Below, one piece after another: positions 9,798 to 19,112 of a stretch of 64,000 nucleotides of DNA. The stretch's first letter is position 1. Each line of letters begins with the position of its first letter. The DNA lies in the NCBI GenBank assembly GCA_963555825.3, contig CAUVXB020000001.1, positions 1,312,001 through 1,376,000 of the forward strand. Direction: 5' to 3'. Below the pieces are notes generated by a model. The model was not told the DNA's origin, made no database searches, and was given only the letters and a program-made list of their open reading frames with translations. Origin of the DNA: Alphaproteobacteria bacterium. Its GTDB lineage: Bacteria; Pseudomonadota; Alphaproteobacteria; JAAXGF01. Position numbers and translations under genes: made by a program.

Positions 9798-9854
9798 GAC
9801 TTAAAATCCGTTCCCCGTAAGGGGTTGGGGGTTCGACTCCCTCCGCGGGCACCA
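9798..9854 (+). other. Displaced 3' half of tRNA-Leu(TAA), attachment site of a genomic island
   Basis: GACTTAAAATC anticodon loop, long variable arm CCCCGTAAGGGG, GTTCGAC T-loop, CCA end; no D-arm or 5' acceptor strand upstream. Confidence 0.88.
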
Positions 9855-9994
9855 CTTATCCGAACCGATCGATGAACGACACCGCCGCTGACAGGCGATG
9901 TCGCGCGGCGTGTATCTCGCGTGACTCGGCGGGCGACTGCTATATTCTTTCGCCGAAGAAGTGGCGGCCTCGGGGACTCTAGGGAGTGACGGCG

Positions 9995-10861
9995 ATGAAC
10001 ATCGTGAAATTGGCTGTGGCGGTAGTTCTGGTCATCGCGGTTTGGCAGCCGACCGCGCGTCAGGCGGCGGCGCAGGACGACACGCCGCGCGCGATCACCA
10101 AGATCGCCGGCTATCTCTACCGCTTTCAGAACAAGTTCCATTACTCGGTGTTCCTGGTGACGCCCGAGGGCGTCATCGCCACCGACCCGATCAACGCCGA
10201 GGCCGCGACCTGGCTGAAGGGCGAGATCGCGGCGCGCTTCGGCGTGCCCGTCAAGTACCTGGTGCTGAGCCACGACCACGCCGACCATTCGGCCGGCGCC
10301 GAGGTCTTCGCCGACACCGCCACGGTCGTCGCGCACGAGAACGCCAAGGCCGCGATCGTCGGCGAGGGCCGGCCGACGGCGGTGCCCGACATCACATTTG
10401 CGGACCGCATGACCATCGAGCTCGGCGGCAAGCGGGTCGAGCTGATCTATCCCGGCCGGTCGCACTCCGACAACCTGATCGTCATGCGCTTCCCCGACGA
10501 AAGGGTGCTCTTCGCGGTCGACATGGTGACGGTCGGCCGCCTGCCCTACCGCAACCTGTCCGACGCCTACTTCCCCGACTGGATCGAGGCGCTCGGCCGC
10601 CTCGAGGCGCTTGACTTCGATATTCTGGCACCCGGCCACGGGCCGCTCGGCGGCAAACAGGACGTCGCCGACCATCGGCGCTATTTCGAGGACCTGCACG
10701 CCGCGGTCGTGGCCGCCGCCCGCGCCGGGCAGAGCCTCGACGAGATGAAGCGGAGCATCACACTGGACGCCTACAAGGACTGGGGCCAGTACGACGCCTG
10801 GCGCGAACTCAACATCGAGGGCATGTACGCCCGGGTCAGCCTGCAACGTCGCGGCAACTGA
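9995..10861 (+). CDS. Secreted MBL-fold metallo-hydrolase
   Basis: Signal peptide, SHDHADH motif, SHS, PGHG. Confidence 0.85.
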   Translation: MNIVKLAVAVVLVIAVWQPTARQAAAQDDTPRAITKIAGYLYRFQNKFHYSVFLVTPEGVIATDPINAEAATWLKGEIAARFGVPVKYLVLSHDHADHSAGAEVFADTATVVAHENAKAAIVGEGRPTAVPDITFADRMTIELGGKRVELIYPGRSHSDNLIVMRFPDERVLFAVDMVTVGRLPYRNLSDAYFPDWIEALGRLEALDFDILAPGHGPLGGKQDVADHRRYFEDLHAAVVAAARAGQSLDEMKRSITLDAYKDWGQYDAWRELNIEGMYARVSLQRRGN

Positions 10862-10871
10862 GCGGGCGAGG

Positions 10872-11564
10872 ATGGCCGCCCCACCCCGCCCCGCGCTGAC
10901 CCATGCGCTGATCGCCCGGCGCTTCCCCGACCCGGTGCCGGACGCCGGACGGATCGGGCCGTATCTGGACGAGGCCGAGATCGCCGCGAGGCTCGACGCC
11001 GACATTGCCGCGGCCGGCGGGCCCGACCGCGACATCTGGCTGTTCGGTTACGGCTCACTGGTCTGGCAGCCGCGTTTCGAGGTCGCCGAGCATCGCACCG
11101 CCAGGGCCCACGGCTGGCACCGCCGCTTCTGCCTGTGGCAGTGGTGGTCGCGCGGCACCCGCGAGGCGCCCAATCTGATGCTTGCGCTCGATCGCGGCGG
11201 CTCGTGCACCGGCATCGCCTACCGCGTGCCGGGACCCGACGTGAAGTCCAAGGTCGCCGAGCTGTGGCGCCGCGAACTGATGGGCGACGGCTACCGGACG
11301 TGCTGGCTCAATCTGTCGAGCCCCGAGGGGCCCTTGCGCGCGGTCGCCTTCGTCGCCAACCACGAGACGGAACGCTATGCCGGCAAGTTGAGCGACCATG
11401 CGGTCGCCGATCGGATCGCGGCGGCCTGTGGGCACTTCGGCTCGGGCGCGGAGTATCTCTTGAACACCGTCGCGGCACTCGAGCGGATCGGCGTTCACGA
11501 CGGCATGCTGTGGCGCGTGCAGGAAATGGTCGCCGAGCGGATCGCCGCCAACTGCGAGGCCTGA
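10872..11564 (+). CDS. chaC: ChaC-family gamma-glutamylcyclotransferase
   Basis: WLFGYGSLVW, RGT..P, LWRRE, GSGAEYL. Confidence 0.88.
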   Translation: MAAPPRPALTHALIARRFPDPVPDAGRIGPYLDEAEIAARLDADIAAAGGPDRDIWLFGYGSLVWQPRFEVAEHRTARAHGWHRRFCLWQWWSRGTREAPNLMLALDRGGSCTGIAYRVPGPDVKSKVAELWRRELMGDGYRTCWLNLSSPEGPLRAVAFVANHETERYAGKLSDHAVADRIAAACGHFGSGAEYLLNTVAALERIGVHDGMLWRVQEMVAERIAANCEA

Positions 11565-11583
11565 TCGATTGGCAATTCGGCTC

Positions 11584-12060
11584 ATGCGCGGGAACGCATC
11601 GACCTCCAGCTTCGCCGCCGCAATGGGCCCCGCTCTCGGCCTGGGTATTTTGGCATGGGCCGGCCTGGTCGCGGCCGGCTCGACCGAAATGGCCGATCCC
11701 GACGATGCCGCGCAGGTCGAACGCGGCGCGCGTATCTACGCCGAACACTGCGCCGCCTGCCACGGCGCCGAGCTCCAGGGTCAGCCAAACTGGCGGACGC
11801 AGCTCTCGACCGGCGGGTTGCCGGCGCCACCCCATGACGAGACCGGGCACACCTGGCATCACGCCGACGAGATGCTGTTCGTCTATACCAAGCTCGGCGT
11901 TAAGGAAGGGTTGGGTATCGAGGGTTTTCAGAGCAACATGCCGGCGTTTCGCGACACCCTGTCGGACGCCGACATCTGGGCCAGCCTCGGCTATATCATG
12001 AGCCGCTGGCCGGCGCGGGTTCGCCAACGCCAGGACAACATCAACGAACAGTCGAAGTGA
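11584..12060 (+). CDS. Periplasmic monoheme cytochrome c
   Basis: CAACH, APPHDETGHTWHH, SNMPAF; start uncertain. Confidence 0.85.
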   Translation: MRGNASTSSFAAAMGPALGLGILAWAGLVAAGSTEMADPDDAAQVERGARIYAEHCAACHGAELQGQPNWRTQLSTGGLPAPPHDETGHTWHHADEMLFVYTKLGVKEGLGIEGFQSNMPAFRDTLSDADIWASLGYIMSRWPARVRQRQDNINEQSK

Positions 12061-12079
12061 CAATCATGGGAGGCACGTC

Positions 12080-13075
12080 GTGACCGATTGGAACGTCACC
12101 GAGCGCGCCGCGGCATTGCACGCCGAGGCGCTGGTGTGGGACGACCACGCCGGCTTCGAGCCCGAGCCCGACGTCGATCTCGGTCAGCTCGCGCGCTGGC
12201 GCGACGCCGGCGTCGACTACCTCTCGGTCAACGTCTGCTACGACCGCCGGCCATGGCACGCCGCGTTCAAGACGATCGCCGCCTACCGCGCCTGGATCGC
12301 CGCACACCCCGACGACTATCTGCTGGCCGGGACGGTCGACGACGTGCGCCGCGCCAAGGCCGAGGGCCGGCTCGCGGTAGCCTTCGACCTCGAGGGCATG
12401 GGCGCGCTCGACGGCGAGATCGGCATGGTCGATGTCTATCACCGGCTCGGCGTGCGCCAGATGCTGTTCGCCTACAACCTCAACAACGCGGCGGGCGGCG
12501 GCTGCCACGACGCCGACATCGGGCTGACCGCCTTCGGGCGCGACGTCGTCGCGGCGATGAACCGCGTCGGCATGCTGATCGACTGCTCGCACTCGGGCTA
12601 CCGCACGACCATGGAGGCGATGGAGCTATCGGCGGCGCCGGTGATCTTCTCGCATTCGAACGCGCGCGCCCTGACCGACCATGAGCGCAACATCCGCGAC
12701 GACCAGATGACCGCCTGCGCGGCGACCGGCGGCGTCGTCGGCGTCACCGGAATCGGCCTGTTCCTCGCGCCCGACGGCGCCACTGTCGCGGGCCTGATGC
12801 GCCACATCGACTACATCTGCGGGCTGATCGGGCCGGACCACGTTGGGCTGGCGCTGGATTACGCCTTCGGGCAGAACCTGGCGGACGAGAGCCTGGCGGG
12901 CGCCAGTGACTACTGGCCGGCGCGCCAGTATGGAGACGGCGACATCGGCTACGTCGCGCCCGAGGCCTTCCCGGCGATCACCGAGGGCCTGATCGGGCTG
13001 GGTCTCGGCGACGACGAGGTCCGCAGTATCCTGGGCGAGAACTTCCTGCGCGTCGCCGGCGAGGTGTGGCGCTGA
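12080..13075 (+). CDS. Membrane dipeptidase (M19) family protein
   Basis: DLEG, IDCSH, FSHSNA..HERNIRD, DHVGLALD, ILGENFLRV. Confidence 0.88.
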   Translation: MTDWNVTERAAALHAEALVWDDHAGFEPEPDVDLGQLARWRDAGVDYLSVNVCYDRRPWHAAFKTIAAYRAWIAAHPDDYLLAGTVDDVRRAKAEGRLAVAFDLEGMGALDGEIGMVDVYHRLGVRQMLFAYNLNNAAGGGCHDADIGLTAFGRDVVAAMNRVGMLIDCSHSGYRTTMEAMELSAAPVIFSHSNARALTDHERNIRDDQMTACAATGGVVGVTGIGLFLAPDGATVAGLMRHIDYICGLIGPDHVGLALDYAFGQNLADESLAGASDYWPARQYGDGDIGYVAPEAFPAITEGLIGLGLGDDEVRSILGENFLRVAGEVWR

Positions 13076-13096
13076 GCGGCGCTCGGGTGGATTCAG

Positions 13097-13179
13097 AATA
13101 AATATATACTGCTTACGTTTAAATACGAGGCACCTTCTAAACATAAGCACCTTCTATACATAAGCAGTATATATTTATT
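13097..13179. repeat. RAYT-upstream inverted repeat with two internal 17-bp tandem units
   Basis: Perfect 19-bp IR AATAAATATATACTGCTTA (13097-13115, 13161-13179); GCACCTTCTA(A/T)ACATAA at 13130-13146 and 13147-13163. Confidence 0.9.
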
Positions 13180-13212
13180 GCCGCCGTGGCGGCGGCGGTC
13201 TAAGCTGTGCCC

Positions 13213-13878
13213 ATGGCAAGATCCGCCCGACTCGTCGTTCCCGGCTGCCCGCACCACGTGACCCAGCGGGGCAACCGTGGCCAGAAGGTGTTCTTCGACG
13301 ACGCCGATTATCGCGACTATATCGCGCTGATGGCGGCGTCCTGCGCCAAGGCGGGCACCGCGGTCTGGGCCTACTGCCTGATGCCCAACCACGTGCATAT
13401 GATCTTGGTGCCGTCGCACGAGGACGGCCTGCGCGCGGCGGTCAGCGACACGCATCGGCGCTATGCGCGGCACGTCAACGCCCGCGAGGACTGCGGCGGG
13501 CATCTGTGGCAGGGCCGCTTCGCCTCGTTCCCGATGGACGAGGCGCATCTCTTGGCCTGCGCCCGCTACGTCGAGCTCAACCCGGTTCGCGCCAAACTCC
13601 ACCGCAGTCCGCGCGCCTGGCCATGGTCGAGCGCCAGGGCGCATCTCGGCGGCAAGGACGATGCGCTGGTTACCGTCGCGCCGCTGCTCGAGCGCGTCGG
13701 CGACTGGAAGGCATTCCTCGCCGGCGGCCTCGACGACGCGGCGCTGGACGCCATCCGCGGCCGCGAGCGCAGCGGGCACCCGCTCGGCGACAACGCCTTC
13801 TTCAGGAAGCTCAAGCGGCGCTTCGGCCGCGACGTCAAGCCGGCCAAACGCGGCCGCCCACCCCTCCCTAAAACGTAA
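13213..13878 (+). CDS. REP-associated-type HUH tyrosine transposase (Y1_Tnp/RAYT)
   Basis: HHVTQRGN, AYCLMPNHVH (HUH), GHLWQGRF, YVELNPVRA, WPWSS. Confidence 0.92.
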   Translation: MARSARLVVPGCPHHVTQRGNRGQKVFFDDADYRDYIALMAASCAKAGTAVWAYCLMPNHVHMILVPSHEDGLRAAVSDTHRRYARHVNAREDCGGHLWQGRFASFPMDEAHLLACARYVELNPVRAKLHRSPRAWPWSSARAHLGGKDDALVTVAPLLERVGDWKAFLAGGLDDAALDAIRGRERSGHPLGDNAFFRKLKRRFGRDVKPAKRGRPPLPKT

Positions 13879-14003
13879 GCAGTATACATTTACGCACAGC
13901 CGGACGCTTTCCCTTGGCGCCCATAAAAACCTAAACAGTATACATTTACGTACCGTTAGGGAGTCGGTGATCGGCGTCGAAAGTGTATACTGATTAGGTT
14001 TAA
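13870..14003. repeat. Three copies of the AAACGTAAGCAGTATA motif downstream of RAYT (direct, degenerate direct, degenerate inverted)
   Basis: 13870-13892 (contains the RAYT stop codon), about 13925-13950, about 13981-14003. Confidence 0.85.
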
Positions 14004-14005
14004 TA

Positions 14006-14117
14006 ATCCGCGGCCGCGAGCGCGACGGGCATCCGCTCGGCGACAATGCATTCTTCGGGAAGCTTAAGCGGCGATTCGGCCGTAACGTCAAGCCAGCCAA
14101 ACGCGGCCGCCCGCCCC
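14006..14117 (+). pseudogene. Diverged duplicate of the RAYT 3' end
   Basis: Aligns to 13753-13864 with mostly synonymous changes (IRGRERDGHPLGDNAFFGKLKRRFGRNVKPAKRGRP). Confidence 0.85.
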
Positions 14118-14313
14118 GCAGACCCGCCTGAGCCACGTTCCCATCGGCATCTGCCGTCGGCCTCCCCGCGCGAGACCAGGGATGCCGACCGAAGCGGCAT
14201 CGTCGGCCGACCCGAGCCGCCCGTGTGGACGGCGTTGTCATGGCTTGGCGAATCGTGCGATTGTTGCGGCGTCACCTATCGGTAAGAAACCTTTCACTCG
14301 ATCAGGGAAGAAC

Positions 14314-14947
14314 CTTGCCTATCCGGTTTACACCCACACCCACTAGGGCTAGAATGGGCGCAAACCGGATATAGGGGAGCGCGCCATGGATGTTCTCGAC
14401 CGCGCCGATCTCCCATTCCCGCATTCGCCACCTCAACATGGTTCTTGGGCTGTCCACCGATCCTGTCTTGGTTGGGCCGCACCATGCCCGAGCGGAGCTT
14501 GTGGAGAATTTGAAAGGCCGTCTCGTAGCGCGAAAGACCAAGTTGCCGCTGAAACTGCACGGCGGACATGCCGGGCGTCTGACTGGCGACCAGATAAGCG
14601 GCCCAGAACCAGACGTTCAGCGGAGTGTGGCTACGCTCCATCACTGTTCCCACCGTCAGCCCGGTGTTCTGGCGGCACTTGCGGCAGCGCAGGACGCCAG
14701 GGCGGTTTTCAAAGTGGAACGGCTCTCCCGCCGTGCCGCAGTGCGGGCAGGCAAAGCCGTCTCCCCAGCGGGCTTTCTCCAGGTAGGCGGCGCAGGCCGC
14801 ATCATCGGGGAAAAGTCGCTGGAACTCGGGTAGCGAATGCGGGAATGGGAGATCGGCGCGGTCGAGAACATCCATGGCGCGCTCCCCTATATCCGGTTTG
14901 CGCCCATTCTAGCCCTAGTGGGTGTGGGTGTAAACCGGATAGGCAAG
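14314..14947 (-). mobile_element. IS1595-family derivative with two inverted left ends and a truncated transposase
   Basis: 115-bp inverted arms 14314-14428 and 14833-14947; transposase from 14875 (CPHCG, CRKCR, ERSHTPL..WF) stops at HVEV; flanks GGAAGAAC / GGAGGAAC. Confidence 0.88.
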
Positions 14948-14959
14948 GGAGGAACGAAG

Positions 14960-15562
14960 ATGGCTTATACGCTCGAAGGACAGCTCTTGGAGGTCTGCAA
15001 CTGCCGGGTGCTCTGTCCGTGCTGGATCGGCGAGGATCCCGATTTCGGCACCTGCCAAGGCACCCTGGCGTGGAAGATCGAGAAGGGGACGATCAACGGC
15101 ATCGACGTCTCCGGTCTCTCAATCTGCCTCCTCGCCCACATTCCGGGCAACATCTTGCAAGGCAACTGGCGCGTGGTCGTCTACGTCGACGAGCAAGCCA
15201 GCGACGAGCAGCAGGAGGCGCTGCTCGAAGTCTACTCGGGCAAGGCCGGCGGACCGGTGGCGGACTTCGCCGGGCTGGTCGGCGAGATCGTCGCCGTCGA
15301 ACGCGCGCCGTTCACGGTCGAGGTCACCGAAGGCAAGGGTACGCTCAAGATCGGCGACGTCATCTTTGCGGAGATGGAGCCGTACACGGGCGCCACGGGC
15401 GGCTTGACGACGTTGCATGACACGGCGTTCTCGACCATCCCGGGATCACCCGCTTACGTCAGCAAGGCGGGGAGCTACAAGGCCAAGAATGCGGCGCTCG
15501 GCATCGACGTCGACCTCGAGGGCCACAACGCCGTTACCGGGGCCTTCCGCTTCGAAGGCTGA
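14960..15562 (+). CDS. DUF1326 domain protein
   Basis: LEVCNCRVLCPCW motif, GNWRVVVYVD; GGAGG RBS; paired with DUF2182. Confidence 0.82.
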   Translation: MAYTLEGQLLEVCNCRVLCPCWIGEDPDFGTCQGTLAWKIEKGTINGIDVSGLSICLLAHIPGNILQGNWRVVVYVDEQASDEQQEALLEVYSGKAGGPVADFAGLVGEIVAVERAPFTVEVTEGKGTLKIGDVIFAEMEPYTGATGGLTTLHDTAFSTIPGSPAYVSKAGSYKAKNAALGIDVDLEGHNAVTGAFRFEG

Positions 15563-15679
15563 TCGCGGCGCCGAAAGCGAGGTCGCGGCGGCGCGGCGAG
15601 ACGGCGCTGCCTCGCCGCCGACGCCCTCGCGAGGCCTCGGTCACGCGCGCAATCCGGTGCTCTCGACAGGGTGGACGGG

Positions 15680-16462
15680 ATGAAGGCCATCGCTCATCGC
15701 AACGCGTTCCTGCCCATCATGGGCATGCTTGTCGCGTTCGCCTGGCTCACGCTGTGGCTGTGGGAAGCGTCGCCCTACGGGCGCTACCTCAACCATGGTG
15801 AACTGGCCGATATCGACCTCGAGGGCGCCGGCGGCGTCCTGCTGACGGCCGCGCTCTACGTCGCCGGTTGGACGCTGATGACGGTGGCGATGATGCTGCC
15901 GACCACCCTGCCGCTTGTCGTGATCTTCCGCCGCCTCACCGCGCGCCGTGCCGACCGGACGCAGCTCGTGACGCTGGTCATCCTCGGCTACCTCGGTATC
16001 TGGCTCGCCTTCGGCGTCGCCGCCCACATCGCCGACTGGGTGCTGCACGAGGCGTATGAGCACGTCGACTGGTTGCGGGCGAACGCCTGGGCGTTCGGCG
16101 CCGGGCCTCTCTTGCTGGCTGGCGCCTTCCAGTTCACCGCGCTCAAGTACCGCTGCCTGGAGAAATGCCGCACGCCGCTCTCCTTCGTCATGCAGCACTG
16201 GCGCGGCAGTCGCGAGCGGACGTACGTGCTCCTGCTCGGCGTACGCCACGGCGCGTTCTGCGTCGGCTGCTGCTGGGCGCTGATGCTCCTGATGTTCGCC
16301 GTCGGCACCGGCAACGTCGGCTGGATGATGGCGCTCGGCGCGGTCATGGCGATCGAGAAGAACCTGCCCTGGGGCCGCCGGCTGAGCACGCCGCTCGGCA
16401 TCGGCCTCTTGCTCTGGGGCGGCCTGATCGTGCTCGACCACACGCTGTCCTGGCAGGGCTGA
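15680..16462 (+). CDS. DUF2182 predicted metal-binding membrane protein
   Basis: WTLMTVAMMLP, QFTALKYRCLEKCR, CVGCCWALM, IEK. Confidence 0.88.
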   Translation: MKAIAHRNAFLPIMGMLVAFAWLTLWLWEASPYGRYLNHGELADIDLEGAGGVLLTAALYVAGWTLMTVAMMLPTTLPLVVIFRRLTARRADRTQLVTLVILGYLGIWLAFGVAAHIADWVLHEAYEHVDWLRANAWAFGAGPLLLAGAFQFTALKYRCLEKCRTPLSFVMQHWRGSRERTYVLLLGVRHGAFCVGCCWALMLLMFAVGTGNVGWMMALGAVMAIEKNLPWGRRLSTPLGIGLLLWGGLIVLDHTLSWQG

Positions 16463-16472
16463 TCGCGGCCGG

Positions 16473-16566
16473 ATTTAAACGTAAGCAGTATACATTTGAT
16501 CGCGCAGCGTTAGGTTGCGCACGCATTCGATCGCGCGCGGACAATGTATACTGCTTACGTTTAAAT
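16473..16566. repeat. Inverted doublet of the RAYT-associated motif (REPIN-like)
   Basis: Perfect 24-bp IR ATTTAAACGTAAGCAGTATACATT (16473-16496, 16543-16566) between convergent genes. Confidence 0.92.
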
Positions 16567-16582
16567 GGAGAGGTGCAGGTGT

Positions 16583-19111
16583 TTAGCGCAACCCGGCGAG
16601 GACGATGTCGGTGGCGTCGGCGGTGGCCAGCGTGAGTGCGCGCAGGTCCTCGGGTTCGAGGTTGTGCAGCTTGGTCTTGCCCGTGCAGCGCGCCATCATC
16701 GAGGCCTCGCCGGCGCTTGCCTTGATGATGTTGGCGACCGCGCAGCTGCGTTCGGCGAGCGTGTGGTCGGGCGCGAAGTCGATGCCGTGGCGCGCGGTGA
16801 TCGCGCCGCCGGCGGCCAGCGCGATCGGAATGCCGAGCACCACCGCCTTGCCGCCCAGCGCGATGATCTTGGCCGCGTCGGTGCCCGAGCGGATGCCGCC
16901 GAAGTAGACCAGATCGATCTCCTCCTCGCGGTCGAGCCGGCGCAGGATGCGGATGGCGTCGCGCATGATCGCCAAGTCCGGCACGCCGACGAGCTCCGCC
17001 CACGGCGCGCCGAGACCGCCGGTGGCGTCCAGAACCAGCATGTCGAAGTCGTTGTCGAGCGCATGGGGGATCGCCGCCTCGAGCACTGTCGGCGACGAGA
17101 CCGCGAGGCCGAGCAGCTGATCGTCGTTGAGCCGCGCCGCCGCGGGCGCCTCGAAGCGATGGCCGACGGCGTACACCAGACCGGCCGCCGCCGCGCTCGG
17201 CGCGATTTGGCCAGGCATGACGAGCTGCAGCCACGGCACCGCGCCGCCGATCGGCCGGACGCCCAGATAGCCGCTGCCGATCTCGGCAAGGCCGGCGGCG
17301 ACGCCCTCGCGCACTTCCTCGGGCGCATCGTCGAAGCCGGTCGCGAAGAACGGCTGTGAAATCTCCATGCGATCGCCGATGTCGGTCGATATCTTGCACG
17401 CCTCGCGGTACGGGTCGATGACCAGCCGCGACAGGTTGGCGGGCAGGAAGACCAGGTCGTCGAGCACGCCGGGCCGGTCCTCGGGGAACGGGTTGTCGCG
17501 CGATGGCAGGCGCTTCTTGAGCATCGCGGCGTGGCGCGCGTGGTCGGCCGGGTTGGTGCGCGCCATGGCGAAGATGTCCTCGCGGTGGCGCACGGCATAG
17601 TCGGCCGAACCGGTCTCGGCGTCGCAACGGTAGCAGCGCGCGGCCTCTTTCTTCGCCGTCTCCCAGTCGTAGGTCGCCTCGATCTCGGGGAACTCGACGG
17701 GATTGTCGCCGACGCCGAAGAACGCGGGCTCGTGCAGCGGCTGGAGCTCCCACATGATGTCCTGCGCGACCTCGACGCGGCGCGTGCGATAGGGTGTGCG
17801 GTATGGCATCGGGCTCTCGCGGCCCTCGAGGAACGCCTTGATGTAGTACGCCGCGCGCTGGCCGTGGTTCATCGCCACGACGATGGTCGAGCCGCCGAAG
17901 GCGCCATCGCCCGCCGCGAACACCTTGGGGTCGTCGGTGCGCATGCCCTCGTACTCGGTGCGCACACGGTCCTTCACCATCAGGCCGCGTTCGTGAAGCT
18001 CGCCGCAATCGGTGAACTGGCCGACCGAGGCAATGATCATGCCGCAGTCGATGTCGTGCTCGCTGCCCGCCACGTCGAGCGGGCTGCGCCGGCCGTCGGC
18101 GTCGGGCTCGCCCGGCTCGGTCTTGACGCATTTCAGCGTCAGGCCGTTGCCCTTTTGCGCGATCGCGATCTGGCGCGTCGAGTAGATGAACTCGATGCCT
18201 TCCTTGATGGCGCCCTCGAGCTCGACCTTGCGCGCCGGAATCTCGTCCTCGCCGCGCCGGTAGACGACCTTGACGTGTTTGCAGCCGGGCAAGCGCAGCG
18301 CGACGCGGCAGGCGTCCATGGCGACGTCGCCGCCGCCGATCACCGCGACCGTCTCTGGCATCTCGGGGCGCGCGCCGGCGTTGATCCTGCGCAGGAACTC
18401 GACGCCGTCGATGACCCGTTCGTCGTCCTCGCCTGGCACGTTCATCTGCTTGCCCCACCAGGCGCCGATGGTCAGCAGCACGGCGTCGTGGCGCGCCTTC
18501 AGCTCGTCGAGCGTGACGTCGGTGCCGAGCGCTGCGTTGAGGTGGATGTTGAGCCCCGGGCAGCGCTTGGTCAGGCGGTCGAGGTCCTCCTCGATGATGC
18601 CGGGTGGCAGGCGGAACGCCGGGATGCCCCAGACCATCATGCCGCCCAGGCGGTCGGTCATCTCGTAGACGTGGACCTCGTAGCCGGCGACGCAGAGGTC
18701 GTGGGCGGCGACCATGCCGGCCGGCCCGGCACCGACGATGGCGATCGTCTCGGCGCGCGTCACGGGCACCGCCGGCGGGTCGTAGTCATGGCCGACCTTG
18801 TCCATGACGAAGCGCTTGAGGTTGCGAATCTGCAGCGCCCCGTCGGAATCGACGCGTCGGCAGGCCGGCTCGCAGGGCGCGTCGCACACCCGGCCGCAGA
18901 TCGAGCTGAACGGGTTGGTCGAGGTGATCGCCTCGAAGGCTTCGGCGAACTTGCCTTCCCAGATGTAGGCGATATAGGACGGCGCGTCGGTGCCGACCGG
19001 GCAGGCGACCTGGCAGGGCGCCGGCACGAAGTGCAGGTCGGTCCGGTCGTCCGCCAACTCCTCGGGCACCAGGACCTCGTGGGTCGCGCCGGATTTCTCG
19101 AACAGCGGCAT
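16583..19111 (-). CDS. GltD-like NAD(P)H/FAD Fe-S oxidoreductase fused to a degenerate FMN glutamate-synthase domain
   Basis: PCQVACP, CGRVCDAPCEPAC, GAGPAG, GGGDVAMD, YRR, RCYRC; C-terminal third has LDDLVFLP, FGGIRSGTDAAK, HNLEPEDLRALT. Confidence 0.8.
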   Translation of the reverse strand: MPLFEKSGATHEVLVPEELADDRTDLHFVPAPCQVACPVGTDAPSYIAYIWEGKFAEAFEAITSTNPFSSICGRVCDAPCEPACRRVDSDGALQIRNLKRFVMDKVGHDYDPPAVPVTRAETIAIVGAGPAGMVAAHDLCVAGYEVHVYEMTDRLGGMMVWGIPAFRLPPGIIEEDLDRLTKRCPGLNIHLNAALGTDVTLDELKARHDAVLLTIGAWWGKQMNVPGEDDERVIDGVEFLRRINAGARPEMPETVAVIGGGDVAMDACRVALRLPGCKHVKVVYRRGEDEIPARKVELEGAIKEGIEFIYSTRQIAIAQKGNGLTLKCVKTEPGEPDADGRRSPLDVAGSEHDIDCGMIIASVGQFTDCGELHERGLMVKDRVRTEYEGMRTDDPKVFAAGDGAFGGSTIVVAMNHGQRAAYYIKAFLEGRESPMPYRTPYRTRRVEVAQDIMWELQPLHEPAFFGVGDNPVEFPEIEATYDWETAKKEAARCYRCDAETGSADYAVRHREDIFAMARTNPADHARHAAMLKKRLPSRDNPFPEDRPGVLDDLVFLPANLSRLVIDPYREACKISTDIGDRMEISQPFFATGFDDAPEEVREGVAAGLAEIGSGYLGVRPIGGAVPWLQLVMPGQIAPSAAAAGLVYAVGHRFEAPAAARLNDDQLLGLAVSSPTVLEAAIPHALDNDFDMLVLDATGGLGAPWAELVGVPDLAIMRDAIRILRRLDREEEIDLVYFGGIRSGTDAAKIIALGGKAVVLGIPIALAAGGAITARHGIDFAPDHTLAERSCAVANIIKASAGEASMMARCTGKTKLHNLEPEDLRALTLATADATDIVLAGLR

Positions 19112-19112
19112 G

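Noticed and set aside
9760-9854. Intact tRNA-Leu gene
   Set aside because: No D-arm and no 5' strand complementary to the acceptor end GCGGGC; only the 3' half is present
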